This document shows, piece after piece, positions 1 through 12,610 of a stretch of DNA of 64,000 nt (position 1 is the stretch's first letter; each line of letters starts with the position of its first letter). Origin of the DNA: Eledone cirrhosa (lineage: Eukaryota). The notes under the pieces were generated by a model. It was not told the origin of the DNA. It ran no database searches and saw only the letters and a program-made list of their open reading frames with translations. The stretch covers positions 8,432,001 through 8,496,000 of the forward strand of contig OZ024757.1 of the NCBI GenBank assembly GCA_964016885.1. The letters are read 5' to 3'. A program made the position numbers and the translations under genes.

Positions 1-945
1 GGCTTATAAAGCACTAGAACTCTTTAATTTTAAGGAAATAGTACAGTATATGCAATATTCAATACAGAAATCACTGTCAAAGGACTAGAACTAATATATT
101 TGTAGTAAATAGTAGTATATATGTAATATTTAATACAGAAATTGCTTCTGAAGCACTAGAACTCTTTAATTTGAAGGATATTAATAGATATTATGCAATA
201 TTTAATATGTAAATAGATTCCACAGGGCTAGAACTCATTAATTCGAAGGAAATAGTAGTGTATATGCAATATTTAATACAGAAATAACTTCTACAGGGCT
301 GAAATTCATTAATATGAGGGACATTAATACATTATATGCTATATTTAATACAGAAATTGCCTCTAAAAGACTAGAACTTTTCAGTTTATAGGAAAGAGTA
401 GATTATATACCACATGTAATAAATAAATGGTCTCTAAAGGAGTAAAGCTCATTAATTCGAAGGAAATAGTAGTATATATGCCATACTTAATATAGAAATG
501 GCTTCTAAAGGGCAAAAGCTCATTAATTCAAAGGAAATAGTACATTATATGCAATATTTAATACAGAAATGGCTTGTGAAGGACTAGAAGTCATTAATTT
601 GAAGGATATTTGTAGATTATATGCCATATTTAAGAAAGAAATGGATTCTAAGGGAGTAAAACTAACATAATTGGAGGAAATAGTAGTATATATGCCATAT
701 TTAATACGGAAATGGCTTCTAAAGGACTAAATCTCATTAATTTGAGGGAAATAGTAATGTATGTGTAATATTCAATACAGAAATTGCTTCTAAAGGAATA
801 GAACTCTTCGATTCAAAGGAAATAGTACAGTATATGCAATATTTAACAGAGAAATAGCTTCAACAGAGCTAGAACCCATAAATTTGAAAGAAATAGTAGA
901 GTATACGCAATATTTAATACATAAATAGCTTCTACAGTGCTTGAA
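1..945 (+). repeat. 71-bp AT-rich satellite array, block 1a
   Basis: Diverged unit like aaggaaatagtagtatatatgccatatttaatacagaaatggcttctaaaggactagaactcattaattcg; the aagga(a/t)at anchor recurs at 460, 531 and 602 (period 71). Confidence 0.93.
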
Positions 946-1500
946 CTTTTAGCAGTATTAGTTATAGATGTTATCGCCACTTTAGCAGGGTGGTAGAATC
1001 AGTGGTCGTTAGTTGCCAGTCTGGTAAGTGATAGTATCCTCGTTGGATTATCTTGTTGACATAGACGTGAGGGAAGGTCCCTCGATCTATTTACCATCTA
1101 TTTACAATATTCCTTTCGGCAGGTCGCCAATTTCAGCAGCATGGATTAAAGTTGTTATTGAGACACGAGTAACATAACAACGACTTCAACCGCAGTAATT
1201 AGAGATGAAATGTTTGTTTATTTATATGGTTGAAGTTACAGATAAAAAGAGGTTACAAAATGGAATGTGCCAATGCGCCGTTAAGCCGGCGAGGCTAGGG
1301 GTGCAATATCTCACTGCTACATTATGCGTGTTGCTGGCTCGAAGTTTCTGGTACAAGAGAGAGATTCTTCAAATCTTCGCGGGGAATTTCTTCCTCAGGG
1401 CACGTAGGGATACATCCTCTTCTACTGGCGCTGATTGGCTGAACTGAGCCAAATCACGCACAGAGAATGTATGTGAGCCCGCGGAATGTAGGTCACTACA
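946..1500 (-). mobile_element. Probable LTR-retrotransposon fragment (5' LTR + PBS + short leader) interrupting the satellite
   Basis: Minus strand starts TGTAGTGACC at 1500, has a CCAAT box (~1435), AATAAA (~1220) and a PBS-like TGGCGACC (~1122-1129). It is absent from the inverted satellite copy near 19.0-19.25 kb. The terminal CA is not clean. Confidence 0.45.
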
Positions 1501-3058
1501 GTATCATTGATTTGAACACAATAGTAGTGTATATGTAATATTTGTTACGGAAATTACTTCTATAGGGTTGAAACTCATTAATTTAAGGGTATTAGTAGAT
1601 TATATGCCACATTTAATGCAGAAATGACCTTCAGAAGACTACAATGCCTCAATTCGAAAGAAATAGTAGAGTATATGCTATATTTAATAAAGAAATGTCT
1701 TCTAAAGGAGTAAAATTAATATAATTTGAGGAAATAGTAGTATATACGCTATATTTAATACAGAAATGTCTTCTAAAGGACTTTTATTTAAAGGGTATTA
1801 GTAGATTATATTCTATACACAATACGGAAATGGCTTCTAAAGGACTAAAGCTCATTAATTTGAGGGAAATAGTAGTGTATGTGCAATATTTAATACAGAA
1901 ATGGCTTCTAAAGGAATAGAACTCTTCGATTCGAAGGAAATAGTATTTTATATGCAACATTTAATATAGAAATGGTTTCTAAAGGGCTAAATCTCATTAA
2001 TTTGAAGGAAATAGTACATTATATGCAATATTTAATAGAGAAATGGCTTCTACAGGACGAAAACTCATTAATTCAAAGGATATTAGTAGATTATATGCCA
2101 TATTTAATACAGAAATGGCTTCTAAAAGACTAGAACTCCTCAATTCAAAGGAAATAGTAGTATATATGCCATATTTAATACAGAAATGGCTGTCAAGAGA
2201 CTAGAACGAATATATTTGTATATGTGCAATATTTAATTCAGAAAAGTCTAGAAAAGGACTAGAAATTTTAATTCAAAGGAAATAGTACATTATATGCCAC
2301 ATTTAATATGGGAATGGCTTCTTGAGGACAAGAACTTTTAATTTGTAGTAAATAGTAGTATGAAAGCAATATTTAATACAGAAATGGCTTCTACAGGACT
2401 AAAACTTTTTAATTTGAAGAGTATTAATAGATTATATGCAATATTTAATTCATAAATAGCTTCTACAGTGCTACAACTCATTAATTTGTACAAAATAGTA
2501 GTGTATATGCAATATTTAATACAGAAATGGCTTCTACAAGGCTCAAACTCATTAATTTGAAGGGTATTACTAGATTTTATGCTATATTTAATACAGAAAT
2601 GGCCTCTAAATTACTAGAACTCTTCAATTCGAAGGAAATAGTAGATTATATGTCACATGTAATAAGGAAATTGCCTCTAAAGGAGTAAAGCTCATACTTA
2701 TGAGGGAAATAGTAGTATATGTGCAATATTTCCTTCAAATTAATGAGTTCTCGTCCTGTAGAATCTATTTACATATTAAATATTGCATATAATCTATTAA
2801 TATCCTTCAAATTAAAGAGTTCTAGTGCTTCAGAAGACATTACATATATACTACTATTTCTTGCAAATATATTAGTTCTAGTCTTTTGACAGCCATTTCT
2901 GTATTATATATTGCATATACTGTAATATTTCCTTAAAATTAAAGAGTTCTAGTGCTTTAGAAGCCATTTCTGTATTAAATATTGTGTATACTCTACTATT
3001 TCCTTCGAATTACTGGTTTCTAAGTCTTTGGAAGCTATTTCCGTATTAAATATTACAT
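1501..3058. repeat. 71-bp satellite block 1b with internal strand switch at ~2727
   Basis: Forward units run to ...gtgcaatatt (2730), then reverse-complement units (tccttcaaattaatgagttc...). Confidence 0.92.
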
Positions 3059-3060
3059 AT

Positions 3061-5545
3061 CATCATCATCACCGTTTTACGTCCGTTCTTCCACGCTAGC
3101 ATGGGTTAGACGGGTTGTCCTGTTGTGGGCAGTATCTGGTCGGCTGACCATGCCTTGCTCATACAGGAACTGATTTGGCTTGATTTCTACAGCTGGATGC
3201 CCTTCCTAACACCAACCTCATTTACAGTGTGGGCTGGGTGCTTTTTTGCCATGTCACCTCCACGACCACCTTGGGTGGGGGCATATTGTCTATGTGCTTC
3301 AGCTTGTACCCATGGGAGGTCGGGTACTCTGTATTACTGCGTGACGCCAGAAGTCACGGTCGTGTGTCATTGTCTTTGAGAGGTGTAATTGGGTAAGATC
3401 AGCTTTTATCACCTCATCCCAGGTCATCTTGGGTCTCCCCACTCCGCGGTTTCCATCAACTTCTAGTGCTCTGCACCTTTTTATGCAGCTGTCATCCTTC
3501 ATACGCATCACATGTCCATACCAGCGCAACTGCCTCTCCTGCACACAGCATTTGATTCCTCTTATGCTCAGTCTCTCTCTCAATTCATTTATGCTTTGTC
3601 GTTCACATATATTACTGTTACACATCCATCGGAGCATGCAGGCTTCGTTTCTCTCTAATCTACGTAAGTCTTCCACCTTCAGCGCCCAGGTCTCACTACC
3701 ATGAAACATCGCTGTTCGGATACACGCATCATACAGTCTGCCTTTCATTCTGAGGGAGAAGCCTTTTGCAGCTAGCAGTGGTAGTAGTTACCTAAACTTC
3801 TTCCATCCCATTCTTACCCTAGTTATTGTACTTTCTGAACACCCACCTCCGTTGCTAATTCAGTCACCTAGGTAGCAGAAGCTGTCTACTGTTTCTACAG
3901 GGCCCTCCCAGAGATTGGTGGTACTTGTTTCCTGTGGCTGTTTGCTGCTTGCTGTCTCAGCATAGCTGCTGCATGTGAATCCTACATTCTCAATTAAGCT
4001 TTCTGAGATCCCGCTACATCTCCATAGATTCAGCTATGAGTGCGAGGTCATCAGCATACAGGAGTTCCCATGGGCATCCGGTCTTAAACTCCTCTGTTAT
4101 TGCCTGCAGGACTATGATGAACAGGAGAGGGCTAAGAACAGAGCCCTGGTGGACCCCAACCTGTACACTAAATTCCTTGCTATACTCATTGCTAATCCTA
4201 ACTTTGCTGACTGCTCCCCTATACATGGCTTGTACCGCTTTCACAAGCCATTCATCTACTCCTAGTTTTCTAAGAGCCCACCAGATTACAGCACGTGGAA
4301 CTCTGTCAAAGGCTTTCTCAAGGTCGACAAATGCCAAGTAGAGTGGCTTACTTTTAGCTAGGTACTTTTCCTGTAATTGCCTCACAAGGAAGAGCACATC
4401 AGTGGTGCCTCTTCCTGGTACAAACCCAAATTGCATCTCGTCTATTTTCACCCGGTCCCTAATCAACTGTGCTATAACTCTTTCTGTGACTTTCATGACC
4501 TGGTCCATCAACTTTATACCTCTATAGTTTCCTCTATCTAGTGCATCGCCTTTACCTTTGTAGCAGTTGACAATGATGCTACTGCACCAATCTTTTGGTA
4601 TGGCCCCTTCTCGTATTACCTGGTTAACAATACGTGTGGTTATAGTGTGACCTACAGACCCAGATGCCTTCAGCATCTCGGCAGCTATACCCGATGGACC
4701 GGTTGCCTTCCCCATCTTCATATCTTTGATTGCCTTACTTACTACGCTGCTGCTGACTTGTACTGCTGGTCCCTCTATAGGGTCTACTTGGTGTAGGGTC
4801 TCTTCTTCCCATGCATTCTCCTCATTTAGTAATCTATCATAATGACTCTTCCATGCATCTTTCTTCTCAGCACTTGTGAGGGCAAGCTCACCTTTATCAT
4901 TCCGGATACACTTCTCTCCAATGACATCACAACTATCTCTGACACACTGCCTCGCAATCTTGAATACCTCCTGTTTCTGGTCCTCACGTTGTAAAACATG
5001 CTTGAATTTTCTATCCTCTGCTTCCCTCCTAGCTAAGTATACTTGTCACCTAGCTTCCCTCTTGGTCTCTATGTAATGTACCCTGCTCCCCCCGTTCTTC
5101 CATTCTTTCCATGCCTGTCTCTTGGCCTTAACTGCTTCATCTACCTTATTGTTCCACCACCAAGTCACTCTCCTCCTGCTTGTGGTCTTACTTACTCCAG
5201 CCACAGACCTCATCCGTCGCCTCTAGTAAATTATTTTTTAGGAACTCCCAGTTCTCTTCTACGTTAAATGTCTCTATCTGTTCTTCTTTACTGTCGTAGG
5301 CGTTGAGTAAAATATCTTTAAATCTGTTACTGGTTGAGGGGACTTTCAGCTTCCAGATCTTTCTTCTCCAGGTTGGCCTCCGTTTCCAGGTTCGTCTAGT
5401 TCTGACTGTGAGGTCGCTGACAACTAAGCTATGTTGGGATGTACATTCCTCACTAGGGAAGGCTTTTGTGTTTACGGCCGTCCATCTGTCACGTCCTCTG
5501 ATGAGGATAAAATCTAACTGACTAGAGTGCTCCCCTGATCTATAG
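3061..5545 (-). mobile_element. RTE-clade LINE, subfamily A, 5'-truncated with an internal deletion at ~4021
   Basis: RT motifs QFGF, FVDLEKAFDRV, GVHQGSVLSP and YADDL in ORF 4014-4721; C-terminal ORF 3299-3748; (TGA)n tail at 3061; very similar to 45771-48520. Confidence 0.96.
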
Positions 5546-6292
5546 TATATATATATACTTCTATTTCCTCCAAATATATTAGATGTCATCCTGTAGAAGT
5601 CGTTTCTGTATTAAACATTGCATATACACTACTATTCCCTTCGAATTAATGAGTTCTAGCCCTGTGGAAGCTATTTACATATTAAATATTGCATACATAC
5701 TACTATTTACTATGAATTAAAGAGTTATTGTCCTTAAGAAGCAATTTCCATATTAAATATGGCATATAATGTACTATTTCCTTCAAATTAAAAGTTCTAG
5801 TCATTTAGAAGCCATTTCTGTATTAAATATGGCATATATACTACTATTTCTCCTTTGAATCGCAGATTTCTAGTCCTTTAGAAGCCATTTCTGTATTAAA
5901 TATTGCATATAATGTACTATTTCCTTCGAATTAATGAGTTTAATCCTTTAGAAACCATTTCTATATTAAATGTTGCATATACTATACTATTTCCTTCAAA
6001 TCGAAGAGTTCCAGTCATTTACAAGCTTTTTCTGTATTAAATATTACACATATACTACTATTTACTCCAAATAAATTCATTCTAGTCCTTCAACGGCCAT
6101 TTCTGTATTAAATATTGCACATACACTACTATTTCCTTTGAATTATTGAGCTTTACTCCTTTAGAAGCCATTACATGTGGCATATAATCTACTATTTCCT
6201 TCAAATTGAAGAGTTCTAGTCCTTTAGAGGCCATTTCTGTATTAAATGTAGCATATAATCTACTAATACCTTTCAAATTAATGAGTTTCAGT
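5546..6292 (-). repeat. 71-bp satellite block 1c (reverse orientation)
   Basis: Continues the array interrupted by the LINE; same unit, reverse-complemented. Confidence 0.9.
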
Positions 6293-6317
6293 GACCTGGA
6301 ACTAGTAAAAAAAATTC

Positions 6318-6523
6318 TATTTAGGAAACCGAATGATTCTCGGCTTCAGAGTGTACGCGCCTGTATTTGCATACCCATGGCGGGTGTTTTCACGTATGCA
6401 TGTGTATGTATGTATATGGAGACGTGCAGCTATATATTTAATTTTTGTTGATTTCAATAACCTCTGTAATTTATTTACATTATCCTTAATTCTGAAGCCG
6501 AGAATCATTCGGTTTCCTAAATA
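6318..6523. repeat. Perfect 33-bp inverted repeat with a 140-bp spacer (MITE-like or fold-back)
   Basis: tatttaggaaaccgaatgattctcggcttcaga (6318-6350) and its exact reverse complement (6491-6523). Confidence 0.8.
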
Positions 6524-6910
6524 TAATTTTAGTCTATCACTTCAGTTATACCATAAACGTGGTTTTGTCTTTGCATGTAATTGTTTTCACTGCTCCAAAT
6601 AATGACGTATTATCTTCGTTTTTATCCGTTCTTTGCCAGGGAAAGTCTCCACAAACCAAAATATCGTCTTCCTGTCTTCCTTCTGTTGCAATGTTTTTCG
6701 AAATATTTACTTCTGCGTTCACAGATTGATTTTTTTAGTTTCAGAAGATCATGTTAAGGGTGAAAGCAGTTCTTCTTTGCCTAAACTTTAATCTGTTATT
6801 TTAATAAATATTTGCTCTACGGTTCTTATATATTTGATATATATTTATCCTTATCGAGCCCTCTTTGGATTTTAGTCTTCAAATTTATTATTATTACTAT
6901 ATATATATAT

Positions 6911-7490
6911 CATCATCATCATCAGGTCGAGGTTGCTCTCCTTTTTAGCTTTCAATAGCTGGATATACACTTGCAGTCTCTACTCCATACAAGTGAAAGC
7001 AGTACTCTGTGTTACAGCGGTTGTGCCTCACCGAAACATCCAAACAATAGTTGATATGATCGCCTTGCCACTAGTAGTATGAACCAAATTCACAGTTACT
7101 TGATCATTTCTTTATCTACTGATCCGACATCCTTCCTACCAATGTCGTCGTTTAACCCAGTCAAGATTGGTTTGACAGATTGCCTATCAAGGCCAAAGAG
7201 CTCTGTCCACCCTGGCTTTGAAATCAGAATGGTCCCTCTCCTAAACAGATTGCCGACCAAGGCTACCAAATATATACTATATACTCATTTACACTATTTT
7301 TGGATGGCCGTTGACTCTTATTAGTTCTTCCGCCCTTTGTCAGGTTTTGTTTTTGTCCTGCAGGATGTCCAAAATCACCCTCCTCACCAAGTAAACTTGA
7401 TGGGGTTGCCGGTTTAGTCGCCGACGACCCGACCATGTGAGAGGTTGTACTGGGTTACATGTTACCAGTAGCACTTGAGAGTGACCTGAC
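6911..7490 (-). mobile_element. Unclassified retroposon-like interspersed fragments flanked by (TA)n
   Basis: Starts with a (CAT)n tail next to a TA tract and ends at a TA tract; no recognisable ORF. Confidence 0.35.
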
Positions 7491-7530
<40 letters not shown>

Positions 7531-7818
7531 TTAATTTTGGTATGTTTATATACATTTTTTCTTCTAACTTTGATTTTATACCTAATTGTGTATGGTTGAC
7601 GATATATTTAATCGATTTCCACGTGCTGTTGGAAATGCTGGGTAAATATTCTATGGCTGTTTATCTATTATTTCTTCATAGGTGTCTTTTAATCTTATAG
7701 CCTGGTTTAATTGGTTTTTTGTGTGGTTAATTATGCTGATTGGGAGAGGAAATGGTGTATATATTTTATCAAATGTTTCTATGGACATACTTTATTATAT
7801 ATACATTTATATATTTTT

Positions 7819-8199
7819 GGAGGCACATGGCTTAGTGGTTAGAGCATTGGCCTTGCAATCGGTTGTGAGTTCAATTCTCAGACTTGATGTGTTGTTTCCT
7901 TGAGCAAGACACTTTATTTCACATTGCTCCAGTTTACTCAGCTGTAGAAATGAGATGATAGGAATGGCATCCCTATCATTCCACTGTAAAGTGGTCATGG
8001 AGATACCACGGCAAAACAGGGCACCCAGCCCACACTGTAAAGTGGACGTGTAGGTGCCACGGCAAAAAAGCACCCAGCACTCACTGTAAAAGAGGTTGGT
8101 GTTAGGAAGGGCATCCAGCTGTAGAAATCAAGCCAGAATCAGTTCCCGTCCCACCCTTGCAAGCAGGGAAAAGCGGACGTAAAATGATGATGATGATGA
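7819..8199 (+). mobile_element. tRNA-derived SINE with RTE-derived 3' tail
   Basis: A-box tggcttagtgg, B-box gttcaattc, then RTE 3'UTR motif gttaggaagggcatccagctgtagaaa and terminus cttgcaagcagggaaaagcggacgtaaaa(tga)n. Confidence 0.85.
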
Positions 8200-8289
8200 T
8201 TTATATTAAGTTTTTTTCGAGTTTTAGATAATCTGTGGTCGTGAGTTCAATTTTCACCTCGGATTTTAGGTTAAAATAATTTTAATGTT

Positions 8290-8620
8290 ATTTTTTTTTT
8301 GTTATTGCTTTAGTTGCTCAATCGACCAGGGCAATGCTGGGGCAACACTTCCAATATATTATTTTGTTAATATCGGCCCCAGTACATTAAAGGATTTCTA
8401 CTTTATATTAGTTTTACAATACTCAGTTTATGTTTATATTAAAGGGGAACATAAACATATTTTAGATTGTGGAGGGGCATGTAGCAGAAAAATTTGGGAA
8501 CAACTGATATATATATATATATATATGGTTGTGTGTATATATATATATATATATATACATAACATATATATACATATATAATCTATATATATATATATGC
8601 GTGTGTGTGTGTGCGCGCGC

Positions 8621-8665
<45 letters not shown>

Positions 8666-9170
8666 AACATGCACATATCCATAAATATATATATACGTGT
8701 GTGTCCTTTCTGCACCATGCCCCTCCTCAATCTAAAATATGTTTATGTGCCCCTTTAATATAAAAATAAACTCGAAAATATAAACAAACTTCTCGTAGGT
8801 GCTGCCAGATACACGATAACATGTGTAGACGAAGTGTAACTGGAAGTTGGGTCGTATTATATCACTTTAAAATTGGCCCCTATTATATTCAAATTAACAC
8901 CAGTGTGGCGTGCACCCCTCGTTGGGAATCCCTGATATATACATATTTACTGCTGTCCTGTAGAGGCACAACACAAACCGGACGTGGCAGCCATTAAAAA
9001 ACTTTGGCTTAAAATCAGTGAAAATATTTTAAACTAGAAAATTTAATGTAAACAAACCCGGAGGTTTTTGCCAAGAAAGATAACTCTTGTCTTACTTAAT
9101 CGCAAAAAATCGAGACAAAAATTTTGCGGGTCCTGGTTGTTGGTATTTGACTGTTATTTCTAGCATATAT
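8290..9170. repeat. Rearranged partial copy of the ~1.3-kb local repeat unit, including hAT-like MITE ends
   Basis: 8310-8505 matches 11560-11755 and 12895-13105; 8945-9165 matches 11315-11550. Short ends such as gttgggaatccctg and tttgggaacaactg resemble hAT TIRs. Confidence 0.75.
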
Positions 9171-9244
9171 GGACACTTTAGAAATAGCAGCGAAAACGGA
9201 ATGAGGGTACACACACCCACATATATATATATCTGTGTGTATAT

Positions 9245-9298
<54 letters not shown>

Positions 9299-9328
9299 AG
9301 ATCAAAAGATGGTTAAAAGAGTTCCATG

Positions 9329-9399
9329 TATTTTATTATGCGCATTTCAAAAACAAATATCATTACGCAATAACATTCGTGTTTTCATCAGATAAAATA
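9329..9399 (-). ncRNA. Minimal type I hammerhead ribozyme (left arm)
   Basis: Minus strand: TATTTTAT-CTGATGA-aaacacgaatgtta ttgcgtaa tgatatttgttttt-GAAA-TGCGCA-TA-ATAAAATA. Has an 8-bp stem I, the full core, a long stem II and a palindromic stem III. Confidence 0.82.
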
Positions 9400-9922
9400 G
9401 GAAGACATGATATGAAGGTTAAAGAACACTTGTGAATAGTGCAGTTTTAAATCAACATATGAAAAGTAGTTTTAGACTGATGTGTGATATTGGGAAAAAG
9501 TTTTTGAGGGCGGGGGTAGGTTGGAAAGGATGAAAAAGAGGAGGAGATGAGAGTAAAAAGTGGAGGGGGAGGAGTATAATGAGGAATGATGAGATAGGAG
9601 GAGAGATGGGTGGTAGAGAGAGAGAGATAGCTTTTATAACTGAGAAAAATATATTGTTTTACATAGAGAGGTTAAAAAACGGTTTTTAACCTCTCTATGT
9701 AAAATAATATATTTTTCTCAGTTATAAAAGCTATCTCTCCTCCTATCTCATCCTTCTTTATCATACTCCTCCCCTTCCATTCTTTACTCTCATCTCCTCC
9801 TCTTTTTCATCCTTTCCACCACCACCCCTCAATATCACACATCAATCTAAAACTACTTTTCATATGTTGATTTAAAACTGCACTATTCACAAGTGTTTGT
9901 TAACCTTCATATCATGTCTCCC

Positions 9923-9993
9923 TATTTTATCTGACGAAAACGCAAATGTCAACGCATGATGATATTTGTTTTTGAAATGCGCATAATAAAATA
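9923..9993 (+). ncRNA. Minimal type I hammerhead ribozyme (right arm)
   Basis: TATTTTAT-CTGACGA-aaacgcaaatgtca acgcatga tgatatttgttttt-GAAA-TGCGCA-TA-ATAAAATA; predicted cleavage after UA at ~9984. Confidence 0.82.
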
Positions 9994-10132
9994 CATGGAA
10001 CTCTTTTAACCATCTTTTGATCTTATATTATTTATACTCCAGTCCTACAAACTGTAGAGTGCTACTTATCCGATATCTGCATTGCTTTATTGTACTACAA
10101 TAAAACTCACCTCTTATATATATATATATATA

Positions 10133-10921
10133 TCATCATCATCATCATCATCATCATTTTACGTCCGCTTTTCCCTGCTTGCAAGGGTGGGATGGGTCTT
10201 ATTCAGCACAGCATCTCTCCACCCGTCACGGTCCCTCGTCATCTCCACCGTGAGCTTCAATGATCTGAGGTCTGTTCTCACCACCTCCGCCCATGTTTTT
10301 CGTGGTCGACCTCTACCACGTCTTCCTTCAACTGGCATTTCCTGGCACTTCTTCACCCATCGGTCATCCTCCATGCGCATCACATGTCCATACCACCTCA
10401 GTCTCCTCTCCCGTACACTACATTCTATCCCTCTCAGACACAGTTTCTCTCTCAACACATTTATGCTGGGTCGTTCACGCAGAGTTACACTGCACATCCA
10501 ACGGAGCATGCTTGCCTCATTTCTCTCCAGCCGTCGCATATCCTCTGCGGTTGCTGCCCATGTCTCACTACCATGCAACATCGCGCTCCTCACACAGGCA
10601 TCATACAACCGGCCTTTCGTACGCAGGGAGAAACCCTTCTTCGTCAACAGAGGAAGCAGCTCCCTAAACTTCTTCCAACCCGTCCTTATTCTAGATACTA
10701 TGGCCTCGGAACACCCTCCTCCCATGCTAATCTGATCTCCTAGGTACCGGAAGCTATCCACCACTTCTATAGCGCCCTCTCGCATTTGAAAAATGTGTCT
10801 ATCAGTGCGACTTCTACTGTCTAATTTCCCTGTACATCTACTGCATACATATTTCTCCCTACCTGTTAGTTTGCCTGCTATCCCGCTACATCTCTTGTGT
10901 ACCCAGGACCTGCATTGTGTG

Positions 10922-10926
<5 letters not shown>
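10133..10926 (-). mobile_element. RTE LINE subfamily B, 5'-truncated 3' fragment
   Basis: ORF 10159-10785 (VDSFRYLG...RRLRWYGHVMR...RGRPRKTW); (TGA)n tail; (TA)n on both sides. Confidence 0.95.
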
Positions 10927-10973
<47 letters not shown>

Positions 10974-11339
10974 TAGAATTCCGGAGAACAACCGAAAAAT
11001 GCTGAGTTTAAAGTTTAGTAAACAGCAGAAAGAAGGACATAAATAAATAAATATATATCAACATTTAAAATATGTTTATGTCCCCCTTTAATAAAAAAGA
11101 AATAGAACCTTGTAAAAGAGTGTTATTACTGTAATATAAAGTAGAGATCCTTTATTTAAACAAAGCTAAGATGCGGCGATGATCAAAACAAACGTATTAT
11201 ATAACTTTCAAATTGACCCCTATTATATTCAAATTAACCCCAGTGTGGCGTGCACCCCTCGTTGGGAATCCCTGATATATAAATATATGTGAGTGTGTTG
11301 CTATTTCTAGCAGGTTTACTGCTGTCCTGTAGAGGCACA

Positions 11340-11425
11340 ACACAAACCGGAAGTGGCAGCCATTAAAAAACTTTGGCTTAAAATCAGTGAAAATATTTTA
11401 AACTAGAAAATTTAAGGTAAACAAA
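11340..11425 (+). promoter_or_regulatory. Candidate promoter/first-exon module (ETS + YY1-like motifs, splice donor); copies at ~8970 and ~12675
   Basis: CCGGAAGTG immediately followed by GCAGCCATT, with AAG|GTAAAC about 60 bp downstream. Confidence 0.35.
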
Positions 11426-11842
11426 CCCGGGTGTTTTTGCCAAGAAAGATAACTCTTGTCTTACTTAATCGCAAAAATCGAGACAAAAGTTTTGCGGGTG
11501 TGCAGTTGATTTGGTCCTGGTTGTTGGTATTTGACTGCTATTTCTAGCATTTTATTATTTTAGTTGCTCATTCGACTAAGGCCATGCTGGGGCAACACTT
11601 CCAATATATTTTCTTGTTAATATCGGCCCCAGTACATTAAAGGATTTCTACTTTATATTAGTTTTTCAAGTCTCAGTTTGTGTTTATATTAAAGGGGAAC
11701 ATAAACATATTTTAGATTGAGGAGGAGCATGGTGCAAAAAAGGGTGGGCACCACTGATATCTATATATATAGCGAGAGAGAGAGAGAGAGGGAGAGAGAG
11801 CACCCAAACACACACACAAGTATATACACATGTGCCTGTCCT

Positions 11843-11877
<35 letters not shown>

Positions 11878-12331
11878 GTAATAATAATAAATTTCAAGAC
11901 TAAAATCCAAAGAAGGCTCCATAAGGATAAATATATATCAAATATATAAGAACCATAGAGCAAATATTTATTAGAAAATAACAGATTAAAGTTTAACCAA
12001 AGAATCAGAAGATCTCGTTAAGGGTGAAAGCAGCGATTCTTTGCTTAGACTTTAATCTGTTATTTTAATAAATATATATATATATAAATACACATATGTA
12101 TATATAACATCCAAACACACACACACGCATATATATACACACACGCACCTATATGTAATATAGGTGTGTGTGTGTGTGTATGTATGCACGTACACACACA
12201 CACAATTATATATATATATCAGGGATATACGCCCCACAGGGACCAATTTGTATATAATAGGGGCCAATTTGAAGCAGAAAAGGTTGGGGACCACTGAAGA
12301 CAACAAATCGTTCTTTTTATTTTATTACAAT

Positions 12332-12610
12332 TGAGTTCAAATCCCGCCAAGGTTAACTTTGCCTTTCATCCTTACGGGGTCGATATAATAAAGTACCAGT
12401 AATACACTGGGTAATTTGCTGGCCTTGTGCCAAAAGTAGAAACAATTATTATTATCATATATATATATATATATATAATTGTTTATACTTTAGGCACAAG
12501 GCCAGCAATCAACCAGTGCATTACTGGTACTTTATTATATCGATCCCGTAAGGATGAAAGGCAAAGTTAACCTTGGCGGGATTTGAACTCAGATCGTAAA
12601 GGGACGTAAC
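12332..12610. mobile_element. Two inverted Meta-domain-type SINE fragments around a TA tract
   Basis: gagttcaaatcccgcc...gcctttcatccttacggggtcgata..aaagtaccag on + (12332-12445) and on - (12480-12610). Same family at ~13450, 14560-14750, 15760, 53180-53490 and 56840-57330. Confidence 0.7.

Larger units (their letters stand above)
9290..10035. mobile_element. ~740-bp fold-back element (inverted pseudo-LTR pair, Penelope-like)
   Basis: Arms are diverged reverse complements around the centre gaggttaaaaaacggtttttaacctc (~9681); each arm contains a hammerhead motif. Confidence 0.75.

Noticed and set aside
7819-7890. Functional tRNA gene
   Set aside because: A/B boxes are present but there is no good cloverleaf or T-terminator; it continues into a SINE body.
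11998-12043. Possible hammerhead (cagaaga...gaaagcagc within an inverted repeat; also ~6741)
   Set aside because: Core is CAGAAGA rather than CTGANGA in both copies, stem II is poor and there is no valid UH site.
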